A stretch of DNA of 64,000 bases from Antedon mediterranea (taxonomy: Eukaryota > Animalia > Echinodermata), in assembly GCF_964355755.1 (NCBI RefSeq), contig NC_092673.1, forward strand, positions 21,077,648-21,141,647, written 5' to 3'. The notes under the pieces are model-generated. The model had not been told where the DNA came from, ran no database searches, and saw nothing but the letters and a program-made list of their open reading frames with translations. Positions 14,101 through 29,100 of the stretch are shown here, in pieces (within the stretch, counting starts at the first letter, position 1; each line of letters starts with the position of its first letter). The position numbers and the translations under genes were made by a program.

Positions 14101-17100
14101 GCTATAATTACGTTATAAACGGCATGGACCGGGGTGACGATACGTGGGTTGGGGCAAGTAGGGTCCAGTCATTTCAAGTAAAAATACCACTTGCCCCGGT
14201 CCATGCCGTCTAGCTGCCATTTATGCAATTTTAAAACATTACTACAATTTTAACATTTTTATAAAAAATGCAATATAACCGCATAAATTTATAGGGCTAT
14301 AATTACGTTATAAAACGGCATGGACTGGGGTGACGATACATGGGTTGGGGCAAGTAGGGTCCAGTCATTGCATAAAAATACCACTTGCCCTGGTCCATGT
14401 CATCTAGCTGCCATTTTATGCAATTTTAAAACATTACTACAATTTTACGTTTTTGTAAAAAATGCAATATAACCACATGATTTATAAGGCTATAATTAGT
14501 GGTGGTATTTTTCAGAAATGAGTGGACCCTACTTGCCCTAACCCATGTATCATCACCCCGGTCCATGCCGTTTATAATGTAATTATAGCCCTATATATCA
14601 TGCATTTATATTGCATTTTTTAGTAAAAAAATTTAAATTGTAGTAACGTTTTAAAATTGCATAAAATGGCAGCTAGACGGCATGGACCAGGGCAAGTGGT
14701 ATTTTTATGCAATAACTGGACCCTACTTGCCCCAACCCATGTATCGTCACCCCGGTCCATGCCGTTTTATAACGTAATTATAGCCCTATAAATTTATGCG
14801 GTTATATTGCATTTTTTTTTTTAATGTTAAAATTGTAGTAATGTTTTAAAATTACATAAAATGGCAGCTAGACGGCATGGACCGGGGCAAGTGGTATTTT
14901 TACTTGAAATGACTGGACCCTACTTGCCCCAACCCACGTATCGTCACCCCGGTCCATGCCGTTTATAACGTAATTATAGCCTAATTATGAGTGAAGAAAT
15001 AAGTGAACAAAATACAATGAACAAAAATGTAAAATAATGATGAACAGCAAAGAACAATCAATGTTTTCAAAGTTTATATCATCAAAAAAAAAAAAATTCA
15101 AGATTCAATTTGCTTGAAAGTGTGAAAAGAGTGCCATAAACTGATGGTACATCCTTGGCTAACCAAATGGGGTAGTCAAATGGTGTACAGATGTTTACCT
15201 AAGTAATAATTATTTTGTATGGAGCATGAAAATATAATTAAAGCATTGTTATAGTCTTAAATAATCTGACAGTGACACCCATAGTACTGTATTAAGAGGT
15301 AAATTTGGTAGTGATATAATGTCGACAATACATCTACACTGTATAGAAATACCAGAATTGTTAAGTAAGCCAACTTTGAAATGAGCTAGAAAGCAAACAA
15401 AAAATAATATATCTTCAATTTTTTTATATTATGTAAATATCATGTAGGAGATAATTTTCACAAAATTTCATCTAAAAAGAATTTGTCCCACAAGGTCAAA
15501 TCCTAGGTCAAATGGAATAGAATAAGTTATACATCTTTTAAATAGTTATATCTCAAAAGTAAATAGAAGATTTGGATAGCTTTAACAATTAGCTTTCCAA
15601 AGATACCTGTCACAACAAAATCGGTCCACACGTTACGGAGATACGGTCATTTAAGTATAGCCCGCCGCGTCGATTTTGCGCAAAATCGCATAGAAACGAC
15701 AGCGCGTAGCGCGCGAACCGTTTGTCGTATGGCGCTCAAATTAAAAATTTCAGGTTTTTTGGCTAAAAATAACCCCAAAACAAAATTTGAGCAAATTTGA
15801 AGAAAGTAGGGTTTAAAATGTCATTTTTTTTGGGTGATTTGGTATGGAATGACCCTTCGGGTTCCCTGCTCATACTGATTCTTTCCTAAACTTGGTATTT
15901 TCAAAATAATTTTGAAAAAATAAAACTGTATTTTTTTTATGTACATAAAAGATTTAAAAGAAATTAGATTTTTAAAACCTTATAAACGCAAACCATTGTA
16001 TAATGACGTTTTGTATTTTGTATGTTTGTGTTTTTGTTGTAATAAGCCTAGAAATTAGAACTACCTAAATGCATCCTTAGCCTGACATAATAGACATTCA
16101 ATTGAAGTAGCAAACAATAAACATACAACAGCTAAAAGAAGGTCAACGACGGACACAATGATGTAATATTGATTTGTGCTTGGGAATGCATTGCTTTGAA
16201 GCCCTAGCTTTCATAAGAAATTGAGCAAAGAGATCATTAGTACAGTTTATAACACATTAAAAGTATGCCTAAAAGGCCCAATAGAGTGTACCAAAGGATT
16301 AGAATAAATCATACAAAACAGAGTACATTACTGTACATGAACCATTTGACTATAATACAGTGCTGTACAGTACAACACAAACATACCCCTCCTCCTTCTC
16401 CCCCAAAAAAGAGTTGTTATTGTATAGAATAAATATAAAACTTAATATTTCAATGATAAAACTGGCCTCTCCAGGGCATCATTTATAAGGAGCGCCTGCG
16501 CGACCGCGCTCCTCCGCGCTCCTCAACAGGCTTCGAGGAGAGCAATTTATCGCGCTCCCTAATTTTCAAAATAGAGCCTAGCTTTTGACAGTGTTGATTT
16601 TTCTGTCAAGAGGCCTAAAAACACGTGGTTTTTTAAAAGTTAAAACCAATCTAGGCCTACTAGGCTAATAGTATATAAGCTAAGTTATAAAGCTACAAGC
16701 CTAATGGCAGTCCCTCGTTTTTAAGGATCGCGAGCGCGATCGCAATCAACAACCTTCGAAAAGGAGAGCAATTCATCGCGCTCCATCTCACAGTACAGTG
16801 CGAGGTACCAACAAAGGGGATTCCCCTGCCTGCGCGCATTCAAGGGCGAGTTTACTTCATCGCCTCATAGTGCAACCAGTACGGTGTCATAGAAACACCT
16901 CCTTTACAGGAAGATCATGTCCCAACCAATAATTTTTCCCTTTATGTTTTTATGGAACGAGTTAATAAAATATATTTAATTTTAAAAGGAAACATTAATA
17001 TAGGAGGCCTAAATATAATGTTTATTATTTAAAAAAGCTTAGCTGCTGGTTGCTTTAATTATGTCATTTTGAAGATGGATTATTTCTTCGAAAGTTCTAA

Positions 17101-20100
17101 CCAATTTTGGTCACTCAAATCCTCCTCAAAACACGTGCTGATGTGTGACGTCAGCATCTTCTAGAAACTCTCTCAGCCCTCCCCCTATTGTGCGTGCGCC
17201 CATGTGTGACACATGTAAACACGATCAAATATCTTTCTTAATTATTTTAAAATGACACTTTGTAACTTATTATCAATATTTTAATGGCTGTTGCATGTTA
17301 GAATTGTATAATTTATGAATTGCAGGTAAATACTTTTCAGGTTTTCTGTCTGATTTCTAGGCCAACAAGCTAGGCTAGAAAAGCTAGGCTAAAGGCATAT
17401 AGTTGGCCAGGACAGGATTCTCCAGGCTCCTGAAACCCAATCTACCCAGGCAGGCCATAAAAAAAAAAATTGGCTTGAGTTTTTTGTACTGTAGAATAAT
17501 ACGATCCCCACGGAAAATATTGTGTGTAAAGGTGGGTGTGGGGGATTTTAGGGGAGAGGTACAGACAGTATACATTTGTTGTTCCCGGCGGGGGGGGGGG
17601 GGGGGGGGGGAAATGTGTACGATTTAAAATTTTTGCAAGGAGAGCGAATTGCTCTCCTCGGTGATTTGAGGAGAGCGATTTGTTGCTCTCCTGGGTTTTG
17701 CATACGTGATGCCCTGCCTCTCAACAAGCTCATTAGAAAATGTTATTTAAATAAATTAAAAATAGAGTAGATATTTCAACAGGGAGATGTTTACAAAATT
17801 ATTTTAGCTAAGTACAGTACATCTGTTTGTTTGAAACATTAGTTGGCCTGTTTTCATACTATTAATAGACTTCAGTTTAGTTTTCTTTCTAATTTCATTG
17901 ACTCATGATAATCATCTACTCATTCATAACAATCAGTGAATGTAAATTTCCAATTATAATTTCATTAACTTATTATTGATTGTAATTTCATTCTTGACAT
18001 CTGTTGAAATGATTTGACAAGTCTATTTGTTGGCAGGTCCTTGCTAACTGTAACACAAGAACTGCCTACGAATACGCTAAAATGAACCTTACTTCTGATG
18101 CAAAAAGATCAAATTATTATTAATATAATGTGGTACTGTACTGATTGGAACCAACTTTATCTATAACAAGATCAAGACATTTTGATTAACAACAGCAATT
18201 TAGATTTAAAAAGTATACAAAAAAATGATTATTAATGGAAAATGTTTTTATTAATGAATGAATGAATATGCTGCTTTCCATAGCATTTATTTGTCCAATA
18301 TACAAATATCAGAAATATGCTTTCTGTACACTACATATTATTATAAAATAAATTACTAATAAAAAATATAGGAAAAATATAATATATTATAGTTTATACC
18401 AAAACAGAGCTTTACGCATTATTCTCAAACTTCATCCTATGCCACACCTCCCTGATGATCATTTTAGACTAGGCCATACCATTCCTCTTCAGAAAAGACT
18501 CCACTATTGGTTGTCTTACTTTCAAAACCATAAATCTTCTTGCTCCTCAATGCTTATGCCATCTCCTTGCAAAATTATTGCCAATGGGAGGATGACTACT
18601 TGTCAAATCTCAAAAGGAAATCTTCACATTCCTAAACCCTCTCTTGAAATTTTCAAACTCTCCTTCAGCTACAAGGCCCCTCATTTCTACAATGATCTTC
18701 CTCTATCTATCCGCAATTCCTTTTCCTCTTTCAAAACTAGACTTATGACTTCTCTCAAAACTATGTAATCCTTTTCCTGAATTTAAATTGTAAAATAGTA
18801 GATCTAAATATTTATTATATATTATATATTTTTGCTTAATTTAACATTTCAGTTATTTTCTATATTTCAAATTTTCTTATTCAGATTTTTAGTCTTATGT
18901 AATTAATTTTGTTTGTTTTTGTTTTTCTTTTATTTGTCTGTTTTTTTTTTGGGTCCCAAATGATCAGCAAATGCTGGATGGATCACCCTCATTAAATATG
19001 GTTAAAATAAAATAAAAAAATAAATAAACCATATTAAAATATTTTATTACAATTTTTTAAATTATATTATAAATAAGATAACTGGAATTACAACATTCTT
19101 TTATTTATTTGTAATAAGTCAATTATCATTTATTGGTGTAATGTACATTTAAAAGAAATTTTTAGCTAACTTAAACTGCTTTTTATGTTTATTCAAACAC
19201 TACTATTACTCGGAATTTAGCATGAAATATAATTTTGTCTATTTACAGGTACTTCATTTCATAACTCTTTGCAATGTTTTAGAACGATAATACTGTACAG
19301 TAACTATACTGTATATTGATGCTAATTTTAATGATTAGGTATGATATGAATTTGCTACTAAATATTAATTTCAATTGTTGTTAGTTACAATTGTGCTAGT
19401 AACAAACAGCCGTTACTCTTCCTTGTTGAGTTCTTTTCAAATGTTACAGCATACATTGGTTTTTACAATTGGTACTGTATCATATTACTCATCAGCTATG
19501 GTACCTTGGAGAGGTTGAGGTGTCTATCAAACTGTATTTTAAAGTTTAGAAAAGGTAGCAAACAAATTAGGTAAACAAATATACACTATACAGTGTTTAT
19601 GTGACACCTTGGTGATCTCAACAATAGCAAAGTATTAAGAAGGATATTTTGTTTCTATCTCTAAACAAGAAATATGCTACGGTACAATCCTTGCCATGAA
19701 TATAAGGTCCTGTTTCTGCTGCATAAAAATTGCCGGTTAAAAATGGTATGAGTAAATTTACTCCAATTTCTTGGGAGCAGAAACAGTACAATTTTTTAGT
19801 ATCCAGTTTAAAATGACAGAACAATAACAGTTAAAAACACCCATTCAATTGGGTGTTAGAACACCATTTTACCGGTTATTGCCGGGCAACTTTTAGCTGC
19901 AACTAAAAAATAACGGTTATTTGATTGACAGTCAACTACACTGCAGTAACGTTTGAATTAACCACCAGGACCAATTGCATTATGGGTAATTCTAACGATT
20001 TTGTCAACGACCACCCACTGATTTAAACGGTTATTTTGGAGCAAAAATTGAGCAGAAATGCAGTCAATATAAAAATTAAATTTTAAATCTATTTTGAAAT

Positions 20101-23100
20101 AAACAGTTTATTTGGCACTATGCAGCAGAAACAGACCCTGATTCTAAAAAATTTCCATGCCAAATTACTGATGATAGTAAACACAATTGGCAAAGAACCT
20201 CTGTAGCAAGTAGTGTCCTGTAACACAACGTAATTAATACACAGTAAATTTAAATAAACATTGTAAATGTAATCCTTGATAATTGTGTAATGGCAGTGTT
20301 TAGTGCCTATTAAATACTCATTCAATCAACTGATCAGGTTATACATCCTCTTTTATTTTTTCATCCATAAAACATGTAGTTGATCCTGGTAATGACCTCT
20401 ACCAAACATAAATCCAATTTCATGTACAAGGCTGTAGGATTTGGGGAATTTGACCTCTTTATAATTTGTATTCAGTACTGAAAATCAATGTCACAGGTTT
20501 TTGTTATGTTTTCTGACAAAATAAAGAATTATAGTATAATAATATAATACTAGTACATAATTGCAATACAAACCTCTGGTTAAAAATATTCTTGATTGTA
20601 ATAATTAAATGAAAGTAGAACTACAGTAGGTGTAGAAGAAAGTAATAATTAAATTTCACTATAAATTCATACAATAAAAACAAGATCTTATAAAAGTTTA
20701 TAAAATGCACAAAGCTACAGTTGTTGTTTTAGCGACAACTTTGGTATTTAAATTTACCGCCATCTATTATTTTATTAATCTGCTCAGTCAAGTCGAAGAT
20801 CTTGCAATTATTGGTTTAGAATTTTAAACTTGGAATTTGTGAATATAATTTCTCCTTTTATTTACCCATTCTTGCTTGAACTCATTGTGTATTGTAGACT
20901 TTTGAGGCATTTTAATAAAGTGATTTTGTATTGAATTTTGTTAATTTAAATTATAAACCCACCGTTTGTATATGTAACATTTATTAAATTAAAAACTACA
21001 GTATGACAGTGTACGCGTGTGTACAATATTGAGGACTAGTGCTATTCAGCCATACCATGTCGAATCTAACATTATCATCAGATAATATCGGTTATCACAA
21101 TTTGAGTCAATTTGCTACTGTAATTAAAGACCCATTCCCCACAATTTATGACGTTTTTTTTAAATAATGCATACTGTATATTATTACTTATAAAAACATT
21201 AAACCAGGTCATTCCTTGTCTTAAGTACGTTTTATGGTAAATTATGATAAAAAGTGAGAAACAATGAGTATGTACTGTAGCTCGCAGTGAATGTCCTCTC
21301 GTTGGCCGTCTTTAATTACTTAATTATCTTTCTGTTATTACCAGACCTCGTTGATAAAAAAAGTAGAAACCTAGTATTTTCACTGAAAAGTTAGGAGTCT
21401 CCCATTTGTTTTGGCCTCACGATCGATCAAAAAGTTGGTGAATTACAGAAAAAAAACAAAAATATCAATCCGCTCACAATTCATGTTGGGATTTATTTAT
21501 AGCGGGCTGCTAAAATTATTAGATTCACCTTATTTTTCACATTTTTAACCATTTAAAGACAATAGGACCATATAGTATTTATTTTTACATTGAATGTACA
21601 GTAGGTTGTGACCTTAAAGGCCAGGTGCGGGCAAAAAATTTCTATTGATCATTCATTCCAATAATTATCGACCTATAGTTTCCCCTATGTTTCATAATTT
21701 TTGGGATTTTATTTGTGTTGCACTTTCTTATTAGTGGGGGGATAGTTCAAATTACACAGTAAAATCTCTATTCTTTTGTACACAAATGTTGTAAATAGAG
21801 AGGCATTTTAAAAAGCTATGAAAGATAAATGGTGTGGATAAAAATGTTATCAGATGACTAAATATAGGTAATATAACTTGAATATTATATTTCTGATATT
21901 TTTATTCAACTTCAGATTTTTATTTTCATGCTATAGCAAAAATTATCCACTGTATATCCACCATCTTTTTTCACCTTCTAGGGAGTCACCAGACATGTTA
22001 TTACATTAGGTTAACTACCTAACTACTGAAAAAAGTCTTTCCTGGTTTTTATGGAAGAATTTTTCCAAATTTTGTATTTGACTATATTAAGGGGAATTCA
22101 TGTTTTTTTCGTCTCGATTTCTGTTACAAATATTTGATTTATGTACAATTAACCAAATATTATATTTAAAATTCATGCCTGTAGTTTGTGACCTTAAATT
22201 AGATCTAAAAAACGTAGGGAATGGGACTAAATGGGAATAAAAAAAGCATTTAAACTTTTTTAGAATTTATGTTTTTCTTCATATTATCCAATATTTATAA
22301 TGATTTTGATTTGTTTCATGTTGTGTCTGTATTCAAGGAATAAAGATAAAAATGATACATTGATACTGTTTAGTAAATTAAATGTTACTGTTGTTATAAT
22401 TAAGCATTGCTGAAACATGTAGCAAATATTTGTGTTTGTAAAACCCATTTTAAATAGATAATTCTTTAAGTTAATCATGGTTACACTATCTATATCTAAA
22501 GTTCAAGTGTGTCTACTTTACTTTATTATTGTAACTACCTTATAATTGGTATGGTTAAACAATGATGGACTTCAATCTATGGTTGCTGTTTGACATTTTT
22601 AACATTTCATTTACTGTGGAGTAACATGATAAACTTTAAACTTCACAAAGTGCGTAACACAAAAATGTACACGCAACTGAAGCAAGCATTAGAATGATAC
22701 ACAGGGTGGGAACCAACCAGTTTAAGGCACATGAAAAGTTAACAAAACTATACTAGATTATCTAGGTTCTGCATCCTTCTATTATTAAAAGGTATTGTAG
22801 CTAGTGATGTTTTGTAAAGTATCCAGTATAAAAATATTGTGTTATTAAATTACCTTCATCAAAACAATTAATTAAGTATTCCTTTGTGAAAGAAAACATT
22901 ACAAAATCGAAGAAGGCAGGGAGACAAAAAGAGTTTATATAGCTTCAATTGTAGGCCACTCTTGAAAAAAGTATATTAATATATTACAGGCATTCAGGTA
23001 GGCATACAGAAACTCTAACCTTTTAAACATGAGGAAATTCAATTTTATTTTAAATTTCTGTCCCTGCCTGAATTTGTGTTAGGAGTATTTTACATTGGAT

Positions 23101-26100
23101 GGTTCCTTCAGAACACTTGTCTGCCTTTATACATATTTATCATTGTTATCAGGTAATTGATGATATTTGCTAAACCAAGAGTAGTACACTCATGTGTTGA
23201 TTGGTTTTTAGAGTATCTGATAAATAAAATGATCTTTTTCAAGTGTTTATGAACTCTGAATTAAATAAATTATCACACCAATGTTGATAATAAATATATA
23301 TATCATCAAGATTATCATACATGCCTTTTTGCTATGTAATTTGCAAACAGTGCTCACCATAGAGGAATATTTAAATTATTTATAAATAATTCCTCCATAA
23401 GTATACATGAACATTTTGCACAAGTAAAACTAAAAGTTATATATTTTTATATTCATTATTGTAAAAAGATGTTTCTTTTGTGTTGAGGTCATGTATAGCA
23501 CAGCACAGCAGACAAAACTAATAAAAACAGAATTGACTCCATTGCTCATCATAGTATAAAGCCACTTTCAGTGTAGGTTACCAATGGAATTTTTTAGATC
23601 TTTGGCCTAGATTTTGCCAAGTTCATACACAGGTGAAACATTGTACTTTTTACTATAAAAACTCCTGCTTAGATATTGACACATTGATATGTGTGATAAT
23701 AATGTTAAAATTATACTGCTAAAATAAATTTTTTGGAATTCATGCTGTGTCATTGTAGTTTGTGAGTGGTGTCCAGTATAGAGTCCAGTTACAAGTAGTA
23801 GTTTCCAGTAGTCTCTAGCCCCATGCCTTGTCTTTCAGAATGCCAGTTTTAAAAGTAATCAAGAAAATTGATTAAAAATCTAAAACTGAACAAAATTTTA
23901 CATACAAGTACCATACATTATGTTGTAGTAGTAGTAGTACCGGATACAATAATGAACAAAAAATGAATTATACAAAAACTACAGTACAGTGCATAAAGCA
24001 GTGATAATAAGCATGTTCTATACAATATGTAAATCATTCTCAATGTATTGTAACATAAATATATTAATCCCTCACTGAATTAAGCTGTCGTGATCTTGAA
24101 ACCTTGATTCATATACGTTTTCTAATTTCATGGTTGTATGTATTTTTCTGTTGATGTTATTTGATGCAATTCAGTTTTATCTGCAATGCCTTTTTTAAAT
24201 AAACCAGAATAAATAAATAAATAAATAAATAAATATGTCTAGTATCATTGCGCTCCTACAGTATGTGTTCACAATGGAATGTGTACCTTTCCTTTTTCAG
24301 TCACCATTTTTAATTTTTTTTTTAATATCATAATATAACCTTTCAACTAATATTCCATTTTATTGCCAATTTGTAACTTATAGAAAATGTAGAGAATGTC
24401 TATTTTACCCCAGGGGGTTAACAGACTTTAAAAACATCTATATTAAACAAGTCAATTTGAAATAACACAATACTGTATACTAGATTATTCTTGATTCATG
24501 AAGTTTGGAGAATGCAATATAGGAATGTGGGGTTCTTACACAAAAAAAAATAGTAGAGGGGGGGTGGGGGGAATGGTGTGGAGGAGAAGGGGAATACAGT
24601 ATTGGAGGTTTGTTGGCTAGGTGCTATCAGTAGCAACAAATAAGTTGATTATTAGCAGTTTATACTGTACCTCCTCTCATCCCAGCAATACTACATCAAA
24701 AACATATCTGGTAAAATATTCCTAGAGCAGCGTAATCAGACAAATAAATGCAATGTTTAATCAATGCAATTGTTTTTTACAGTATAACACAACGCTTCTT
24801 TAAAACCACATAGATGAATTATCTGCTTTGCTACATTTATGGTTGATGGTATCGGTGCGTTTGTTGATTATTACACTTAATAACCTTTACTTTTTCATTT
24901 GCAGGATCCTCTGAGGTATAGTGATGGATCCGAGACATGGTCTGTCAGAAGATCCTCAAGACCAAGGCTGATTAGGAACAACCAACCTGGATGTAGGGAG
25001 GTGTGTAAAAATCTTTGATAATCTTCATACCAATTAAAAGTCCTCGTTTGGGCAGTGGTGTAACGGCTATGAACGCTCACTGGCTAAAACCAGGGGCCCC
25101 AGAAATTATGGGGGCTTCTGAACAGTGCCCAGAGGAAAAACAGGCATTAAATCGGAGACCTCCAGCGTTGAAAGGCCACTAAGACCCCATTTACATTTAC
25201 GTTTGGGTCCAGGGCCGATCCTGGGCCGGTTGCAAATATTTACGTTTTAGGCCGGCCCAGAGCGTTTACACTAGCGACGCAGATTACTGGTCGTAAATAT
25301 TTTTATCGGAAGTACCATTGCATGCTGGGATACAAAGTACAGTTTGTTTATATTTTTCTCTCTCGATCGTCAATTCAACTTTCCGCGCGAACCAACCGTT
25401 TTATATTTACCGTATATTTCGGGGTATAAGTCGCACTTTTGACACGCAAATTTGACCTCTAAATTAAGGGTGCGTCTTATACACCGAACATAAATGCCTC
25501 ACCACACAGATTGTACATAGGCCTAGGCCTAGGCTATCGTCACCTCGTTTTCTAGGCCTGAGTAGGCTAGGCCTAGCTACAGTAACTAACTAACGTAACG
25601 GCAACCTGCTTCTGCCTAGTTTTCAAGTCATTTTAGCATGATGTTATACTAAATATGATGAAAAGATTTGTTCATTATGGCGCTCCGATAAAATTTCATT
25701 TGTAAACGTTTACGTACGATTGGAATAGTATTTATTTATACAGTAGTTATACGCACGATCGCCGTACCCCAAGCGCAAGCCCTTCTTTTGGTGGCCACAT
25801 GGTGTACGGTATTCGACTAGTATATTCTCCAGGTGATTATAGCATGGACCTAGCGTACACACTTCTCGGATACATAGATACTAATCAAATACGATTTGTC
25901 CGTGAAAACGTGCGCCCTCACGAAATGATCGAGCGAGGCTAGCCCACACACGTGCGTGTTACACACACGGTCATGCACTCGATGTTGCGGCGAAACTCAT
26001 GAATAACAAGTTAGAAAGAACTTGTTGAGGCTGGGCGCGGCCGAGCCTAGGTAAGAAAAAACCTAAATAAAGGACGCCGTTGTAGATATAACAAAATATA

Positions 26101-29100
26101 TTATTACAATAATATTGATTACAATTTAAAAAAACATTGTTTTGATGAAATATAAGGTGCGTCTTATACATCGACGATATAAAAAATACCGATATTTTAC
26201 TCTCAGTTGGGGGTGCGTCTTATACACAGGTGCGACTTATACACCGAAATATACGGTATACTGTATTGTTGTTTTTTGTCCTGTTAAAACCAAATGAACC
26301 CCACTGTTTTATATATAATATGGCTGTATTTTGTGTATGCGAAACAAGCGGAGCAATACTTTATTGAAAGAAGTCACAGATGAGGATAATGAAGAGGAGG
26401 TTCTTTTTTTACAAAATATCTAACAACAACCTCATAAAAAGGTCAAACGTTGTTCATGGTTCACTGCCTAAGCCGGCCCAAAACGTAAAAGCCGCTCCTG
26501 AACATACCTGGAGAGGTGGTCCAGATCTGCGTCCGGCCCAGGGCCGGCCTAACTTTTTGGAGTATTTACACTTATCAATTGCCGACCCAGGGCCGACCTA
26601 AATCGTAAGTGTAAATGGGGTCTTAGAGTTCCTAAACCAGGGGCCTCAAGCCTCTGTGTTACACCACTGTGTTTTTTTTTTTCCATAAAATGAAAAGAAG
26701 GTAATATAAACCAGATAACCAGAGGGTTGTTTTTAACAACTTCCTGAGCTATATTCAGAGACAGCTATATCAAGGAGACGGCCCCATTAATGGTACAAGG
26801 TGAGGTCTCTATTAAAAGGGTTTCTACTGTATTAATATTATATTTTACAGTAGAAAGAGAGAAAGGTACCAAAACATGGTCATCTTAGCCCCATGATCTC
26901 TCCTTTGTTGACAATAATTAGAGCATACAGTGAATAGCTACTGTCACTGTCAGGATTATAGTATCATAATGGTTGAGTGACAAGATATTATTTATAGTGT
27001 GAGTAAAGTTTACTAAGGTGAGAGCTACAGTAAGTAAAAATGAAGCCAGGGACAAAATTTAGTTTTCATGCCTGTAATATAATTGCGTGCAACTTTTTGC
27101 CTATGACAACTTTGTGTGTGACAAATTTGTGTAAAATCAAATTGTAGTTCGTGTTCCACTATTTATTAATCGGTGTGTGGTGAACACCAGTCATTCTAGT
27201 ATTTTTAAGAGAGAATTTTAATCAAACAACACCCCATTGACACACAGATCCACTCTCTTTGTTGTGTTAACCCAATCATTCCACACATACTCATAGATTT
27301 AAGATGACAACAATGTTTTGACACAAAAGCAACTTTGACATTGTTTACTTGTGTTCCTACAAAGGTCATGCCTTCTATGATGAGCTGTTAGTGTTAACCA
27401 ACTCAACTGATTCATTCACTACAGTACTGAATAATAAAGTACGGTAGATGTTTCAAATTGAAAATATTATTGTACTGTATGCTAATTATGAAATGAAAAT
27501 AATTAGTTAAAGCCCCATTCGCTACGTTTTTTAGATCTAATTTAAGATCACAAACTATATTTAATGTAAAAATAATACTATATGGTCCTATTGCGATAAC
27601 TTTTTTCGTCTTTAAACGGTTAAAAATGTGAAAAATAAGTCGATTCTAATAATTATAGCGGCCCGCTATAAATCCCAAAATGCATTGCGCGCGGATTGAT
27701 ATTTTTGTTTTTCACCTGTAATTCGCCCACTTTTCGATCGATCGTGAGGCCAAAACAAATGGAAGACTCCTAACTTTTCAGCGAAAATACCGGGTTTTCC
27801 CCAATTTGTATCAACGGAGTCTGGCAAAAATAGAAAGACAATTAATGCAGCAACTATACAACGTCAGGCTAGGTATATAGCTCGCGTACGATGTTCGTAC
27901 GTTACCGATGTTTACCAGCTAGGCCTACAAAACTAAGCCTAGCTAGGCTAGGCCTAAGACCGTCCACGAGAGGTCGATCGCCGCGAGCTACTTAGGTAGT
28001 GCATTGTTTCTCACTTTTTATCATAATTTACCATAAAACGTACATTTAAGACAAGGAATGACATGGTTTAATGTTTTTAAAGTGATATATATGTATTATT
28101 TTCCAAAAAACGTCCAAAATTGCAGGGAAGGGGTCTTTAATTAACATATTCCATTTTGTTCTATTCCTTCATTCTCTAATTATTATTAATTAATTAGTAG
28201 TAATTAAGGCACACTAGTTAGAAGTGAAGAAGATTTTGTTTTTGTGGTTTTTCATCGTGCTATCAACACCGTTTGATGTCATTTTTTATTGTAAACAAAG
28301 TTTAGTATAGATTTATTAATTTGGATGATTCTATCTAATAGATAATATTTTAGCAGCAAATAATTTAAAGACACCTTCCCTACGTTTTTTAAATCTATTT
28401 TAAGATCACAAACTATATTTAATGTAAAAATAATACTATATTATTGTCCTATTGCGATAACTTTTTTCGTCTTTAAATGGTTAAAAATTTGAAAAATAAG
28501 TCAATTCTAATAATTATAGCGGCTGCGCTATAAATCCCAAAATGCATTGCGCGCGGATTGATATTTCTGTTTTTCTTCTGTAATTCACCCACTTTTCGAT
28601 CAATCGTGAGGCCAAAACAAATGGAAGACTCCTAACTTTTCAGCGAAAATACCGGGTTTTCCCTAATTTGTATCAACGGAGTCTGGCAAAAATAGAAAGA
28701 CAATTAATGCAGCAATGCAACGTCAGGCTAGGTATATAACTAGCGTACGATGTTCGTACGTTACCGATGTTTACCAGCTAGGCCTACAAAACTAAGCCTA
28801 GCTAGGCTAGGCCTAAAGACCGTCCACGAGAGGTCAGTTGCCGCGAGCTATAGGTAGTGCATTGTTTCTCACTTTTTATCATCATTTACCATAAAACGTA
28901 CATTTAAGACAAGGAATGACCTGCTTTAATGTTTTTAAAGTAATATATATGTATTATTTTTACAAAACGTCACAAATTGTAGGGAAGGTGTCTTTAATGT
29001 ATATTTTCAAATTTTCGATAGAGGGAGCCCTTTCATTTTTCAATTAGATACTGTTTGATTGGCAGTATTGTATTTGATCATCTTATAAAGGGCTTATATA

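Larger units (their letters stand above)
25053..26669. mobile_element. hAT-like element (outer shell of a nested cluster)
   Basis: TIR CAGTGGTGTAAC...GTTACACCACTG. Confidence 0.6.

Noticed and set aside
17310-23160. AG|GT recursive splice-site-like motifs (~17325, ~19248, ~23151)
   Set aside because: The polypyrimidine tracts are weak, such motifs are expected by chance in AT-rich introns, and one lies inside a TE.
27370-27415. C/D-box snoRNA-like ATGATGA...CTGA
   Set aside because: It is too short and has no terminal stem.
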